A DNA stretch of 27,867 bases from an uncultured archaeon (GCA_964591795.1 CAZQEL010000005.1:1-27867), one strand, 5' to 3'; positions 7,125 to 15,732 are shown, numbered from the stretch's first letter. The notes: a model not told the origin generated them from the letters alone. A program made the numbers and translations.

Positions 7125-7206
7125 AAGCTTTGTACACTGTGTGTTAACAGAGTACGAATATTAACCATTTTTTAAAAAATTTGGTTAACATATAAATGCA
7201 AAGCTT
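7125..7206 (+). promoter_or_regulatory. Inverted-repeat / candidate structured leader element upstream of rpl3
   Basis: AAGCTTTG (7125-7132) pairs with CAAAGCTT (7199-7206). These enclose hairpin GTACACTGT/ACAGAGTAC (7132-7140 with 7147-7155, one mismatch). They also enclose the near-palindrome TTAACCATTTTTTAAAAAATTTGGTTAA (7161-7188). Confidence 0.3.
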
Positions 7207-7288
7207 TTATATGTTTTTTAACGACGAGAAAGAAATTTAAGTTGTTGTAATGGTGTTTGCCAAGAAAAAATATTAATGTGTAATCAAT

Positions 7289-8275
7289 ATGCCAAAAAAA
7301 TATAAACCAAGAGCAGGATCTATGGCTTTTTACCCTAGAGTAAAAGCTAAATCTATTATTCCTAAATTCAATTCTTATAATGATTTTGAAAAAGACGAAT
7401 CAGTTTGTAAGCCTGTGTCCTATTATGGACTTAAGGTTGGTATGATGCAAGTAACTGCAAAAAATGCTCATAAGAATACATCTTCCTATGGACATGAAAT
7501 TGTAGTACCTGTAACAGTTATTGAAACACCTGATCTTAAGGTTTCAGGAGCAAGATTCTATAAAAAGAAAAAGCCGATAACTGGTAAAGATGCTGTTTCA
7601 GAATTTTTAATTTTTAATGCTTTAATTTCAAAAAAAATAAAAGGTAAAAAATCAACTAAGAAAAAAGAAGTTGACGATTTTTTAAAAAATAAAGAACACG
7701 CTGATGATCTTGTTTTATTATGCTATTTAGATACAAAGGCAACTACAATTGGACAAAAAAAACCAATATTAGTTGAGATACCATTATCAGGTAAGTTTGA
7801 TGATAAAATAACTTATTTTAAAGATAAATTAAACAAAACAATACCTATATCAGAAGTATTTGATATAGATACTAATTTAGATGTTAAATCAATAACAAAA
7901 GGGCATGGATTTACAGGTCCTGTAAAGAGATTTGGTATAAAAATACAAAGACCAAAAGCTCAACAAATACAAAGACACGTTGGATCTATTGGTCCATGGC
8001 ATCCTGCAACTGTTATGCATACAGTTCCTAGAGCAGGTCAATATGGTTTCCACAATAGAACTTCTTATATTAAAAAATTATTAGTAATAAATAGTGATGT
8101 AACTAAAGTAAATCCTAAAGCTGGATTTAAAAATTACGGTGTTGTTAGAAATACTTATGTGTTACTTGCAGGTAATGTTCCTGGAGTATCCAAAAGAGTT
8201 GTAGCACTTAGAAAATCAATAAGAAACCCAAGAAGCAAATTAACATTAACTGATATAAATATAATTAATAAGTAA
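7289..8275 (+). CDS. rpl3: 50S ribosomal protein L3
   Basis: N-terminal PRAGSMAFYPRVKA and the internal GHGFTGPVKRFG...QRHVGSIGPWHP motifs are typical of archaeal L3. Confidence 0.95.
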   Translation: MPKKYKPRAGSMAFYPRVKAKSIIPKFNSYNDFEKDESVCKPVSYYGLKVGMMQVTAKNAHKNTSSYGHEIVVPVTVIETPDLKVSGARFYKKKKPITGKDAVSEFLIFNALISKKIKGKKSTKKKEVDDFLKNKEHADDLVLLCYLDTKATTIGQKKPILVEIPLSGKFDDKITYFKDKLNKTIPISEVFDIDTNLDVKSITKGHGFTGPVKRFGIKIQRPKAQQIQRHVGSIGPWHPATVMHTVPRAGQYGFHNRTSYIKKLLVINSDVTKVNPKAGFKNYGVVRNTYVLLAGNVPGVSKRVVALRKSIRNPRSKLTLTDINIINK

Positions 8276-8282
8276 GATTGTT

Positions 8283-9098
8283 ATGAAAACAAACGTTTAT
8301 AATCTTTTAGGAAAATCTGTAAAGGAAATAGAAGTACCTGAATACTTTAAGCAAAGCTATAGACCTGATCTAATTAAAAAAGCAGTAATCTCTAGTCAGA
8401 GTAATGAGTATCAAGCAAAAGCGCCTTCTTTATTTTCAAACAGACTTAATACTGCAGAATACAGAGGTGTTAGAAAAAAGAATACTATGGATAATTCTAT
8501 TAATACAGGTAAAGCAAGATTACCAAGAATGAAAAATAGAAGAATCTTAATGGCTGGTAGAGTTGCTGGTGTTTCACATGCTGTTGGTGGACCAAAAGCA
8601 CATCCTCCAAAAATTGCAAAAATTTTAATTAAAAAAATTAATACTAAAGAAAGAACAAAAGCTATTTTAAGTGCAATATCTACAACTGCAAATTCAGGTC
8701 TTGTTTTTACAAGAGGTCATCTTCTTCCTGAAGTAATTTCACTTCCAATTGTTATTGATAATTCTCTTGAAGGAATTGAAAAAACTAAAGATGTTTTAGA
8801 TTTATTAAATAACTTAGGTCTTTCAGATAATGTTGAAAAAGCTAAAGATAATAAATCATACAGAGCAGGAAAAGGAAAGATGAGAGGAAGAAGATACAAA
8901 AAAAGAAAAAGTATCTTATTTGTTTTAGGAGATCCTAAAAATTATAAATCTTTTCAAAACTTAGAAGGTGTAGATGTTGTTTACGCTGAAACTCTTTCAA
9001 TTAAAGAACTTGCACCTGGAACACACGCAGGAAGACTTACTGTTTTTTCAGAAAATGCTATCCTAAAATTACAGGAGAGATTTTCAAAGGTGATGTAA
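8283..9098 (+). CDS. rpl4: 50S ribosomal protein L4
   Basis: L4/L1e-type sequence (RPDLIKKAV..., GKARLPRMKN, YRAGKGKMRGRRYKKRK) in the canonical position after L3. Confidence 0.93.
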   Translation: MKTNVYNLLGKSVKEIEVPEYFKQSYRPDLIKKAVISSQSNEYQAKAPSLFSNRLNTAEYRGVRKKNTMDNSINTGKARLPRMKNRRILMAGRVAGVSHAVGGPKAHPPKIAKILIKKINTKERTKAILSAISTTANSGLVFTRGHLLPEVISLPIVIDNSLEGIEKTKDVLDLLNNLGLSDNVEKAKDNKSYRAGKGKMRGRRYKKRKSILFVLGDPKNYKSFQNLEGVDVVYAETLSIKELAPGTHAGRLTVFSENAILKLQERFSKVM

Positions 9099-9099
9099 G

Positions 9100-9381
9100 A
9101 TGAAGAAAATTACAAAAATATTAGCATATTATGATGTTGTTGAATATCCTGTAATAACAGAAAAAGCAGTTGATTTAATATCAACACATAACAGATTAAC
9201 ATTTATTGTAAATAAAAAAGCAACAAAACCTCAAATTAAGGAAGCTGTTGAAAAATTATATAATATTAAAGTAAAAACAGTAAATACTTTACTTGATAGA
9301 AAAAATAGAAAAAAAGCATTTGTAACTTTAAACAAAGCAAGTAATGCTCAAGATGTTGCAAATAAATTAGGTATTTTATAA
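9100..9381 (+). CDS. rpl23: 50S ribosomal protein L23
   Basis: YPVITEKAV...LTFIVNKKATKPQIKEAVEKLYNIKV. GGTGAT SD at 9089-9094. Confidence 0.93.
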   Translation: MKKITKILAYYDVVEYPVITEKAVDLISTHNRLTFIVNKKATKPQIKEAVEKLYNIKVKTVNTLLDRKNRKKAFVTLNKASNAQDVANKLGIL

Positions 9382-9402
9382 TTATTATAAAGGTTATTAT
9401 TT

Positions 9403-10116
9403 ATGGGTAAAAGACTTAGACTTCAAAGAAGGGGTAAAGGAACTCCAAAGTACACAGCAACTAATCATGCTAAAGTTGAAATGAGATATAATTATTTTGA
9501 TAATACTCAAACTTTAAAAGGACAGGTTGTATTATTATTTTCAGATCCAATAAGAACTGCACCTGTTGCTGAAATCTTATTTGAAAATGGATCTAAAGAT
9601 AACATAGTAGCTGCTGAAGGTGTGAAAACTGGAGATAGAGTTGTTTTTGGTAAAGATGCTAATATAAAAGCAGGAAATGTTTTATTTTTAAATGATATTG
9701 CTCCTGGAACACAAATATTTAATATTGAAAAAAATTTTGGTGATGGAGGTCAATTTGTTAGAGCCTCAGGTTTGTCTGCAACTTTAATGAGTAAAAAAGA
9801 AGATGCAGCTATCGTTAAATTACCATCAGGTCAAATTAAAAATTTTCCATTAACTGTTAGAGCAACCATAGGTGTTGTTGCAGGTTCTGGAAGAACTAAA
9901 AAACCATTTGTTACTGCTGGAAATAAATTCCATGCAATGAAAGCAAAAAGCAAACCTTATCCTAGAGTTAGAGGTGTTGCGATGAATGCTGTTGATCACC
10001 CATTTGGTGGACTTCAACATCACGTAGGTCACTCAAAGTCTACATCTAGACATGCTCCATCAGGAAGAAAGGTTGGTGCAATAGCTTCTAAGAGAACTGG
10101 TAGGAAGAAAAAGTAA
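9403..10116 (+). CDS. rpl2: 50S ribosomal protein L2
   Basis: MGKRLRLQRRGKG start, and the VRGVAMNAVDHPFGG...GRKV C-terminal signature. Confidence 0.95.
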   Translation: MGKRLRLQRRGKGTPKYTATNHAKVEMRYNYFDNTQTLKGQVVLLFSDPIRTAPVAEILFENGSKDNIVAAEGVKTGDRVVFGKDANIKAGNVLFLNDIAPGTQIFNIEKNFGDGGQFVRASGLSATLMSKKEDAAIVKLPSGQIKNFPLTVRATIGVVAGSGRTKKPFVTAGNKFHAMKAKSKPYPRVRGVAMNAVDHPFGGLQHHVGHSKSTSRHAPSGRKVGAIASKRTGRKKK

Positions 10117-10129
10117 GGGTTGATTTTAA

Positions 10130-10519
10130 ATGGATGAATATTACGGTTTTAGATATAGAGGCAAGACTATAGAAGAATTAAAAGCAATGTCTTTGAGGGA
10201 TTTTGCAAAAATAATTCCTTCTAGAGCTAGAAGAAATATCATTAGAAATGAAAGTGATTCTTTCTATCAAAAGTTTGAAAAAAATATTGATGTTGATAAA
10301 CCAATTAGAACTCATAGAAGAGATTTAATTATTACACCTAAAATGGTTGGAAAGACTATTGGGGTTTATACAGGAAAAGAATTTGCGCCTGTAGTTATTA
10401 GTGATGAAATGCTTAGTCATTATTTAGGAGAATATTCTCTTACAAGAAAAAGATTAAGACACGGAAAGGCAGGAATTGGTGCTACAAAATCAAGTACTGC
10501 AATTAGTGAAAGAAAGTAA
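10130..10519 (+). CDS. rps19: 30S ribosomal protein S19
   Basis: FRYRGKTIEELKAMS..., GKEFAPVVI...MLSHYLGEYSLTRK. Confidence 0.93.
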   Translation: MDEYYGFRYRGKTIEELKAMSLRDFAKIIPSRARRNIIRNESDSFYQKFEKNIDVDKPIRTHRRDLIITPKMVGKTIGVYTGKEFAPVVISDEMLSHYLGEYSLTRKRLRHGKAGIGATKSSTAISERK

Positions 10520-10531
10520 GGTTGAATATTT

Positions 10532-11002
10532 ATGGCAGATAAAAAATATAATTTTCAAAAAAAAGTTGATGAGAAAAAGATTGCAAAATCTTGTAAGAAT
10601 AATGCACCTATTTCAACAAAATATTCTGTTGAATTTTCAAATTACTTTAAAAATAAGCCATTAGTTAAGGCAATTAAAATCTGTGAGGGTGTTATGGATA
10701 AAACAGAATACCTTCCACTTGTTAAATATAATAAAAAAGTAGGACACAGAAAAGGAGACGCGCAAAGAGGAGTTCCTTCTGGAAGATGGCCTATTAAAGC
10801 AGCAAAAACAATTAAAGCTCTTTTACTTGATGTTCAAGCCAATGCTGAAAATTTAAATTTAGATTTAGAAAAATTAAAAATAATCCATATGTTTGCAGTT
10901 AAGGGTGTTACAAGAAGAAAAACACAACCTCTTGGTAGAACTGGCGGAAAACAAAGAGAATCAAAATCCACAAACATTGAAGTAATTGTTCTAGAGGAAT
11001 AA
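10532..11002 (+). CDS. rpl22: 50S ribosomal protein L22
   Basis: Archaeal L22/L17e-like sequence (ISTKYSVEF...GRWPIKAAKTIKALL...) with conserved synteny. Confidence 0.9.
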   Translation: MADKKYNFQKKVDEKKIAKSCKNNAPISTKYSVEFSNYFKNKPLVKAIKICEGVMDKTEYLPLVKYNKKVGHRKGDAQRGVPSGRWPIKAAKTIKALLLDVQANAENLNLDLEKLKIIHMFAVKGVTRRKTQPLGRTGGKQRESKSTNIEVIVLEE

Positions 11003-11005
11003 TAC

Positions 11006-12046
11006 ATGAAAGAAAATTATTTTATTAAAGATAAGCTAAAGAAAATAGCAATTTCAAATTTTTTGAAAAAAAAACTTGCAAGTGCAGGATTTATTGATGT
11101 AGAGGTAGTAAAATCTGTATTTAACACAAGAATTATTATTTATACTTTAAAACCTGGTTTTGTAATCGGGAAAAAAGGTTCAAATATTAGAGCTTTAACT
11201 GATGAACTTGAAAAGAAATTTAATTATTCAAAAGTTCATATTGAAATTGGAGAAATTCCAAATAAAAGTTTAGATCCTAAAGTTATTATGGAAAACATAT
11301 TTTCAAACATCTCAAGAGGTGTTGCATGGAAAAGTGTTGTTTATGGTGCTTTAAGACAAATTAAAGAATCTGGTGCTATTGGTGCTGAAATAATTGCAAA
11401 AGGTAACACTTCTGGAAAAGGTCAAAGAAAAAGAAAATCAAGATTCTTTTTTGGTTATATGAAAAAAGCTGGTGATCAAAAATCACTTGTTGCTATTGAA
11501 AAAAGAACTACCTTTCCAAGTCTTGGAACTATTGGAATTACATTAAGAATTGTAAAACCTGATGTTATATTTTCAGATAAAATTGATGTTTTAGAACTTT
11601 CAAGAATTCATAAATTAAAAATTCAAGAAGAAGAACTTGAAGAAAGACAAGCAGAAGTTGAAAAAGATGCTGATGAAAAAGTAGCTAAAAAAGATATTGT
11701 TGAAAAAGCAGCTAAAAAAGATACTGATGAAAAAGCAGCTAAAAAAGATACTGTTGAAAAAGTAGCTAAAAAAGATACTGATGAAAAAGTAGCTAAAAAA
11801 GATATTGTTGAAAAAATAGCTAAAAAAGATACTGTTGAAAAAATAGCTAAAAAAGATACTGTTGAAAAAGCAGCTAAAAAAGATACTGTTGAAAAAATAG
11901 CTAAAAAAAATGTTGAAGATAAACAAATTAAAGATACTGAAAATAAAACTATTGAATCTACAGAAAAAGAAAAAATTATAACAACTAAAAAAGAAAAAAC
12001 AGAAATTGTAGATAAAAAAGATGTAGTTGACAGTAATAACAAATGA
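11006..12046 (+). CDS. rps3: 30S ribosomal protein S3 with a repeat-containing C-terminal extension
   Basis: KH domain LKPGFVIGKKGSNIRALTDELEKKF and an S3 C-domain. About 140 extra C-terminal residues include nine EK[VAI]AKKD[TI][VD] nonapeptide repeats. Confidence 0.92.
   Translation: MKENYFIKDKLKKIAISNFLKKKLASAGFIDVEVVKSVFNTRIIIYTLKPGFVIGKKGSNIRALTDELEKKFNYSKVHIEIGEIPNKSLDPKVIMENIFSNISRGVAWKSVVYGALRQIKESGAIGAEIIAKGNTSGKGQRKRKSRFFFGYMKKAGDQKSLVAIEKRTTFPSLGTIGITLRIVKPDVIFSDKIDVLELSRIHKLKIQEEELEERQAEVEKDADEKVAKKDIVEKAAKKDTDEKAAKKDTVEKVAKKDTDEKVAKKDIVEKIAKKDTVEKIAKKDTVEKAAKKDTVEKIAKKNVEDKQIKDTENKTIESTEKEKIITTKKEKTEIVDKKDVVDSNNK
11675..11917 (+). repeat. In-frame 27-bp tandem repeat, 9 copies (last degenerate)
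   Basis: GAAAAAGTAGCTAAAAAAGATATTGTT and variants with 1-3 substitutions are exactly contiguous at period 27, inside the rps3 3' region. Confidence 0.95.
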
Positions 12047-12057
12047 TGTGATTTTTT

Positions 12058-12285
12058 ATGGTTAAGAAAAAAAGTATAACTATTAGCAATGTTTCTGAAA
12101 TTGATGATAAGGTTATTAAGTTAAAACTTGAACTTGCAAATTTTAAAGGAATTTTAGCATCAAAAACAAAATCTAACAATACATCTAAGAAAAAAGAACT
12201 TAAAAAAGAGATTGCTAGATATTTAACTAAAAAAAATGATTTTTTAAAAAACGATATTAAAAAAAAATTGGAGAGTAATGTTTAA
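12058..12285 (+). CDS. rpl29: 50S ribosomal protein L29
   Basis: Small helical protein (LKLELANFKG...) in the canonical position after S3. GTGAT SD at 12048-12052. Confidence 0.85.
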   Translation: MVKKKSITISNVSEIDDKVIKLKLELANFKGILASKTKSNNTSKKKELKKEIARYLTKKNDFLKNDIKKKLESNV

Positions 12286-12287
12286 TT

Positions 12288-12590
12288 ATGAAGGATATTA
12301 GTTCTGTAAGTCATCTTTCAAAAGATATTTTTGATTTAAACGAAATTTCAAAAGAATCGCAACAAATAAAAGTGGTTCTTGTAAGAAAAAAATTTCGAAA
12401 ATTTGCAATGAAAATATCTGGATTTGCAGCAATTTTAGAAGCAAAGGAAGTTGGAAAATATTTAAAAAAAAAACTTGCTTGTGGTGGAACAGTTAAAGAT
12501 AAAATAATTGAGATTCAAGGAAATCAGGTTGCTAAAGTAAAAAAATTATTAATTGAAAAAGGTTATCAAGAGGAATTAATTGATGCTTAA
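12288..12590 (+). CDS. Translation initiation factor aSUI1 (eIF1 homolog)
   Basis: IKVVLVRKKFRKFAMKISGF...LKKKLACGGTVKD..IEIQGNQ is SUI1-like. The position between L29 and Rpp29 is canonical in archaea. Confidence 0.88.
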   Translation: MKDISSVSHLSKDIFDLNEISKESQQIKVVLVRKKFRKFAMKISGFAAILEAKEVGKYLKKKLACGGTVKDKIIEIQGNQVAKVKKLLIEKGYQEELIDA

Positions 12591-12774
12591 TTTGAAAGAT
12601 ATCGATAAAATTGGAACCAAAATTTTTATTGAAAATGCATCTGACAAAACCAAATCCAATTTAACAGGACTTGTGGTATTCGAAACAAAAAACATTATTG
12701 TTTTAAAATCTGATAAAAATAAAATTATTAAAATTAAAAAAAATGAAATTTTAAAAACTAAAGAAGTTTTGTGA
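12583..12774 (+). CDS. rnp1: RNase P protein component 1 (Rpp29/Pop4), minimal 63-aa form
   Basis: LTGLVVFETKNIIVLKSDKNKIIKIKKNEI matches the G..G.Vv.ET.N...i......IpK core of Rpp29. The position before S17 is canonical. ATG at 12583 lies 8 nt after AAGAGGA and overlaps the SUI1 stop by 8 nt. Confidence 0.7.
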   Translation: MLNLKDIDKIGTKIFIENASDKTKSNLTGLVVFETKNIIVLKSDKNKIIKIKKNEILKTKEVL

Positions 12775-12780
12775 TTTATT

Positions 12781-13065
12781 ATGCCTGAAAAAAAATTAAG
12801 TATTAGAGGAAAATTAATAGAAGGAAAAGTAGTTAAGATGAAAGCTAAAAAAACAGCTCAAATCGAAATAAAAACTACTAAGTATATTCCAAAGTATGAG
12901 AGATATCTTGTAAATAGAAGTAGATATTCTGTACATGTTCCAGAAGACATCACAATCGCTGTTGGTGATAATGTTTTATGCGGTGAAACAAGAAAAATTA
13001 GTAAAACAAAATCTTTTGTAGTAATGAAAAAAATAAATCCTTCAAAAGATGGTGATTCGAAATGA
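12781..13065 (+). CDS. rps17: 30S ribosomal protein S17
   Basis: GKVVKMKAKKTAQIEI...YIPKYERY...HVPEDI..GD.V..GETRKISKTKSFVV. Confidence 0.92.
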   Translation: MPEKKLSIRGKLIEGKVVKMKAKKTAQIEIKTTKYIPKYERYLVNRSRYSVHVPEDITIAVGDNVLCGETRKISKTKSFVVMKKINPSKDGDSK

Positions 13066-13460
13066 AACAAATTAGTGCAAATCCAGTAAAAGGTCTTGTT
13101 GTTGGTTCTAGATGTAATTGTGCTGACAATAGTGGTGCAAAGATAGTTGAAATAATCTCTGTGTATAAAATTAAAACTAGAAAAAGACAAATTCCTTCAG
13201 CAGGAATTGCTTCATTAGTAAATGTAGTTGTAAAAAAAGGAACTCCAAGTACTAAAAAGAAAATGGAAAAAGCAGTTGTTGTTAGAGTTAGAAAAGAATA
13301 TAGACGAAAAAATGGTTTAAGAATTTGTTTTGAAGACAATGCAGTTGTTTTAACTGATATTAAAGGATTTCCTAAATCTTCAGAAGTAAAAGGTTGTGTT
13401 GCAAAAGAAGTTGGTGAAAGATTTCCAAAAATTGCAGGTCTTGCATCAAGTGTAATTTAA
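13062..13460 (+). CDS. rpl14: 50S ribosomal protein L14
   Basis: CADNSGAKIVEIISV... ATGA start/stop overlap with rps17. Confidence 0.95.
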   Translation: MKQISANPVKGLVVGSRCNCADNSGAKIVEIISVYKIKTRKRQIPSAGIASLVNVVVKKGTPSTKKKMEKAVVVRVRKEYRRKNGLRICFEDNAVVLTDIKGFPKSSEVKGCVAKEVGERFPKIAGLASSVI

Positions 13461-13495
13461 AATTTATCAAAAAAATATTAAAAGTATGATTGTAA

Positions 13496-13870
13496 ATGAA
13501 TAAACAAGTTACTAAAAATCCAGGAAAGCAAAGATTAAAGCTTTATAAAGCTCCAATGCATGTGAAAAGAAAATCACTTGTGTGTCCTTTAAATAAAGCT
13601 CTTCAAAAACAATACGGTGTTAAAAATATTGCAGTAAGAAAAGGTGATATTATTAAAGTAATTGTTGGAGATGATAAAGGAAAAATTGGAAAAATAGAAA
13701 AAGTAGATTATTCTTCATCTAAGGTTTTTGTAAAAGATGTTAAATATAAAAATGTTAGAGGACAAGAAAAGTTAACTCCTCTTGTTACTTCAAATTTATT
13801 ACTTACTGAATTAATTATGACAGATTCAAAAAGAATTATTAAAAAAAAAACACCAAAAAAGGTGAAATAA
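13496..13870 (+). CDS. rpl24: 50S ribosomal protein L24
   Basis: KOW motif VRKGDIIKVIVGDDKGKIGKIEKV. Confidence 0.92.
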   Translation: MNKQVTKNPGKQRLKLYKAPMHVKRKSLVCPLNKALQKQYGVKNIAVRKGDIIKVIVGDDKGKIGKIEKVDYSSSKVFVKDVKYKNVRGQEKLTPLVTSNLLLTELIMTDSKRIIKKKTPKKVK

Positions 13871-14560
13871 ATGGCTAATAAAGGCGAAACTAAATGTTTA
13901 AAAGTAAATAATGCAACTTCAATTAGTGGAGTTACAAAAACAAAAAGATTTGTGTTTAATCCAAAATCAGGTAAACACTCAAAAACTACTTCAATATCTA
14001 TTGGGTATGTTTTAAAACATCTTTTAAATATTTGTGATAACACAAAAGAAGTTAAATATATTATCAATAATAGAGATATCTTAGTTGATAAAAAGATTGT
14101 TAAAAAATATAATTTACCTGTGGGTTTATTCGATGTTATCGAAATTCCTAAAATGGAAAAATATTATATTCTTATTTATGCAACAAACGGTGCATATGTT
14201 TTAGAAGAAATTAATAAACAAGAATCAAATTATAAAGTTTGTAAAATCACTTCAAAAGTAATTACAAAGAAAGGTCAAATACAACTTTCTACAAATGATG
14301 GAAGAGTATTAATTACAGCTAATCAAGCATATAAAACAGGTGCTTCAATAAAATTAGATCTTTTTGAAAATACAATTAAAGAATATTTTCCACTTGAAAA
14401 AGGAAGAGATGTTTTTGTATTTGCAGGAAAACACACTGGTCAAAAAGGAAAAGTTGAAGATATTAAAGCAGGTACTATGAAAAAACCAACTTTAATTCAA
14501 TTAAAATCAAGTGGTATTGATTTTGAAACTGTTGAAAAAAATATAATAGTTATTAATTAA
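13871..14560 (+). CDS. rps4e: 30S ribosomal protein S4e
   Basis: S4e-type N-terminus (KRFVFNPKSGKHSK), S4-like and KOW regions (FAGKHTGQKGKVEDI). GTGAA SD at 13862-13866. Confidence 0.92.
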   Translation: MANKGETKCLKVNNATSISGVTKTKRFVFNPKSGKHSKTTSISIGYVLKHLLNICDNTKEVKYIINNRDILVDKKIVKKYNLPVGLFDVIEIPKMEKYYILIYATNGAYVLEEINKQESNYKVCKITSKVITKKGQIQLSTNDGRVLITANQAYKTGASIKLDLFENTIKEYFPLEKGRDVFVFAGKHTGQKGKVEDIKAGTMKKPTLIQLKSSGIDFETVEKNIIVIN

Positions 14561-14562
14561 AT

Positions 14563-14567
14563 GTGAT
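14563..14567 (+). promoter_or_regulatory. Shine-Dalgarno GTGAT for rpl5
   Basis: The context AAATGTGATATTTATG is nearly identical to the elements before rpl19e (16639-16654) and rps4 (22231-22247). It implies the GTG at 14563 in the ORF track is the SD, not the start. Confidence 0.55.
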
Positions 14568-14571
14568 ATTT

Positions 14572-15102
14572 ATGTCAAGTGAAAAAAACATAAAAGAAAA
14601 TGTAATGAGAGATGTTTTTGTTGAAAAAGTAGTTGTTAATATAGGTGTAGGTGAAGGTGGACCTGAACTTGAAAAAGCAGTTAAGATTATTAAACTTTTA
14701 ACAAATAAACATGCTGTTAAAACTATGTGTAAGGTAAAATTACCCACATGGGGAATTAGACCAGGAATACCTATTGGTTGTAAAACTACTTTAAGAGATC
14801 AAGATGCACTTGATTTTTTAAAATTAACTTTGAAAGCTAAAAGAAACATACTTAAAAAAAAATCTTTTTCAAAAGAAGGTAATTTTTCTTACGGAATACA
14901 TGAATACTTAGATGTTCCAACAATTAAATATGATCCTGATCTTGGGATAAAGGGTTTTGATGTTTGTGTTAATCTTAAAAGAAAAGGTTATAGAGTAAAA
15001 CAAAGAAAACACGATATATCTAAAGTTGGAAAAAATCAAAAAGTTTCAAAAGAAGATGCAATTCAATTTGTACAAGAAAAGTTAAAGGTAGTGGTTGAAT
15101 GA
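14572..15102 (+). CDS. rpl5: 50S ribosomal protein L5
   Basis: VVVNIGVGEGG...PDLGIKGFDVCV. Start moved to ATG 14572, 4 nt after GTGAT. Confidence 0.93.
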   Translation: MSSEKNIKENVMRDVFVEKVVVNIGVGEGGPELEKAVKIIKLLTNKHAVKTMCKVKLPTWGIRPGIPIGCKTTLRDQDALDFLKLTLKAKRNILKKKSFSKEGNFSYGIHEYLDVPTIKYDPDLGIKGFDVCVNLKRKGYRVKQRKHDISKVGKNQKVSKEDAIQFVQEKLKVVVE

Positions 15103-15290
15103 CTACAAATGATAGTAATCCAAAAAAAGTTTTACCAAAATTAAGTAAAACTAGTAAAGAATATAAAAGATCAAAAGCATGTAGAATGTGCGGAACTTAT
15201 AGAGGAGTAATTTCAAAATATAATTTATACATCTGTAGAAGATGTTTTAATGATTTTGCTGACGATTTAGGTTTTAAAAAATATGATTAA
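15099..15290 (+). CDS. rps14: 30S ribosomal protein S14 (zinc-type)
   Basis: CRMCG...CRRCF Cys4 motif. ATGA overlap with rpl5. Confidence 0.92.
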   Translation: MTTNDSNPKKVLPKLSKTSKEYKRSKACRMCGTYRGVISKYNLYICRRCFNDFADDLGFKKYD

Positions 15291-15320
15291 AAAAAAATTT
15301 AGTGCACTTAGGTGAAATCA

Positions 15321-15710
15321 ATGAGTTTAAACGATCCAATTGCAAATGCTTTAAATAATATAAATAATGCAGAAAATGTAGCTAAGAAAATATGTACCCT
15401 TAGTCATTCAAAGCTGATTACAAATATATTGACAGTTTTGAAAGAAGAAGGATATATTAGCAACTATAAAATAGTTGACAAAAGTTTACATAAGAAGCTT
15501 ATTGTATATTTAGATGGAAGAATAAATAAATGTAAAGCTATAAAACCAAGATTTGCTGTAAAGCATGATGAGTTTGAAAAGTTTGAGAAATCTTTCTTAA
15601 TTTCAAGAGATGTAGGTGTCTTAATTGTAAGTACTACAAGCGGACTTATGACTCATAAACTTGCTAAACAAAAAGGCCTTGGTGGAAGACTTCTTGCATA
15701 TATATATTAA
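15321..15710 (+). CDS. rps8: 30S ribosomal protein S8
   Basis: MSLNDPIANALNNINNAE start is typical of S8. Start moved to ATG 15321, 4 nt after GGTGAA (15311-15316). Confidence 0.93.
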   Translation: MSLNDPIANALNNINNAENVAKKICTLSHSKLITNILTVLKEEGYISNYKIVDKSLHKKLIVYLDGRINKCKAIKPRFAVKHDEFEKFEKSFLISRDVGVLIVSTTSGLMTHKLAKQKGLGGRLLAYIY

Positions 15711-15732
15711 GAGAGTATAAAAAGTGATTTTT

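Noticed and set aside
8717-10032. 60-aa minus-strand ORFs at 8717-8899 and 9850-10032
   Set aside because: They are antisense to well-conserved rpl4 and rpl2 coding sequence and sit at the minimum ORF length.
10476-10664. 62-aa plus-strand ORF spanning the rps19/rpl22 junction in another frame
   Set aside because: It overlaps two conserved r-protein genes out of frame. It has no SD, and the GTG start lies inside rps19.
11675-11917. Regular 27-bp repeats that might be a CRISPR array
   Set aside because: The units are directly contiguous with no spacers. They are in frame with rps3, encode a sensible K/E-rich peptide, and have no leader or cas genes nearby.
11615-12179. Three minus-strand ORFs (11615-11926, 11623-12042, 11985-12179) with Phe/Ser/Ile-rich repetitive translations
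   Set aside because: They are antisense shadows of the rps3 repeat tail and of rpl29. The repetitive FFS/FLA translation is just the reverse complement of the AAA/GAA-rich coding repeats. They have no SD and sit inside a tightly packed plus-strand operon.
12858-14747. Minus-strand ORFs 12858-13190, 12998-13339, 13708-14067 and 14553-14747
   Set aside because: All are antisense to conserved rps17, rpl14, rpl24, rps4e or rpl5 sequence. Hydrophobic low-complexity translations are expected from AT-rich antisense frames.
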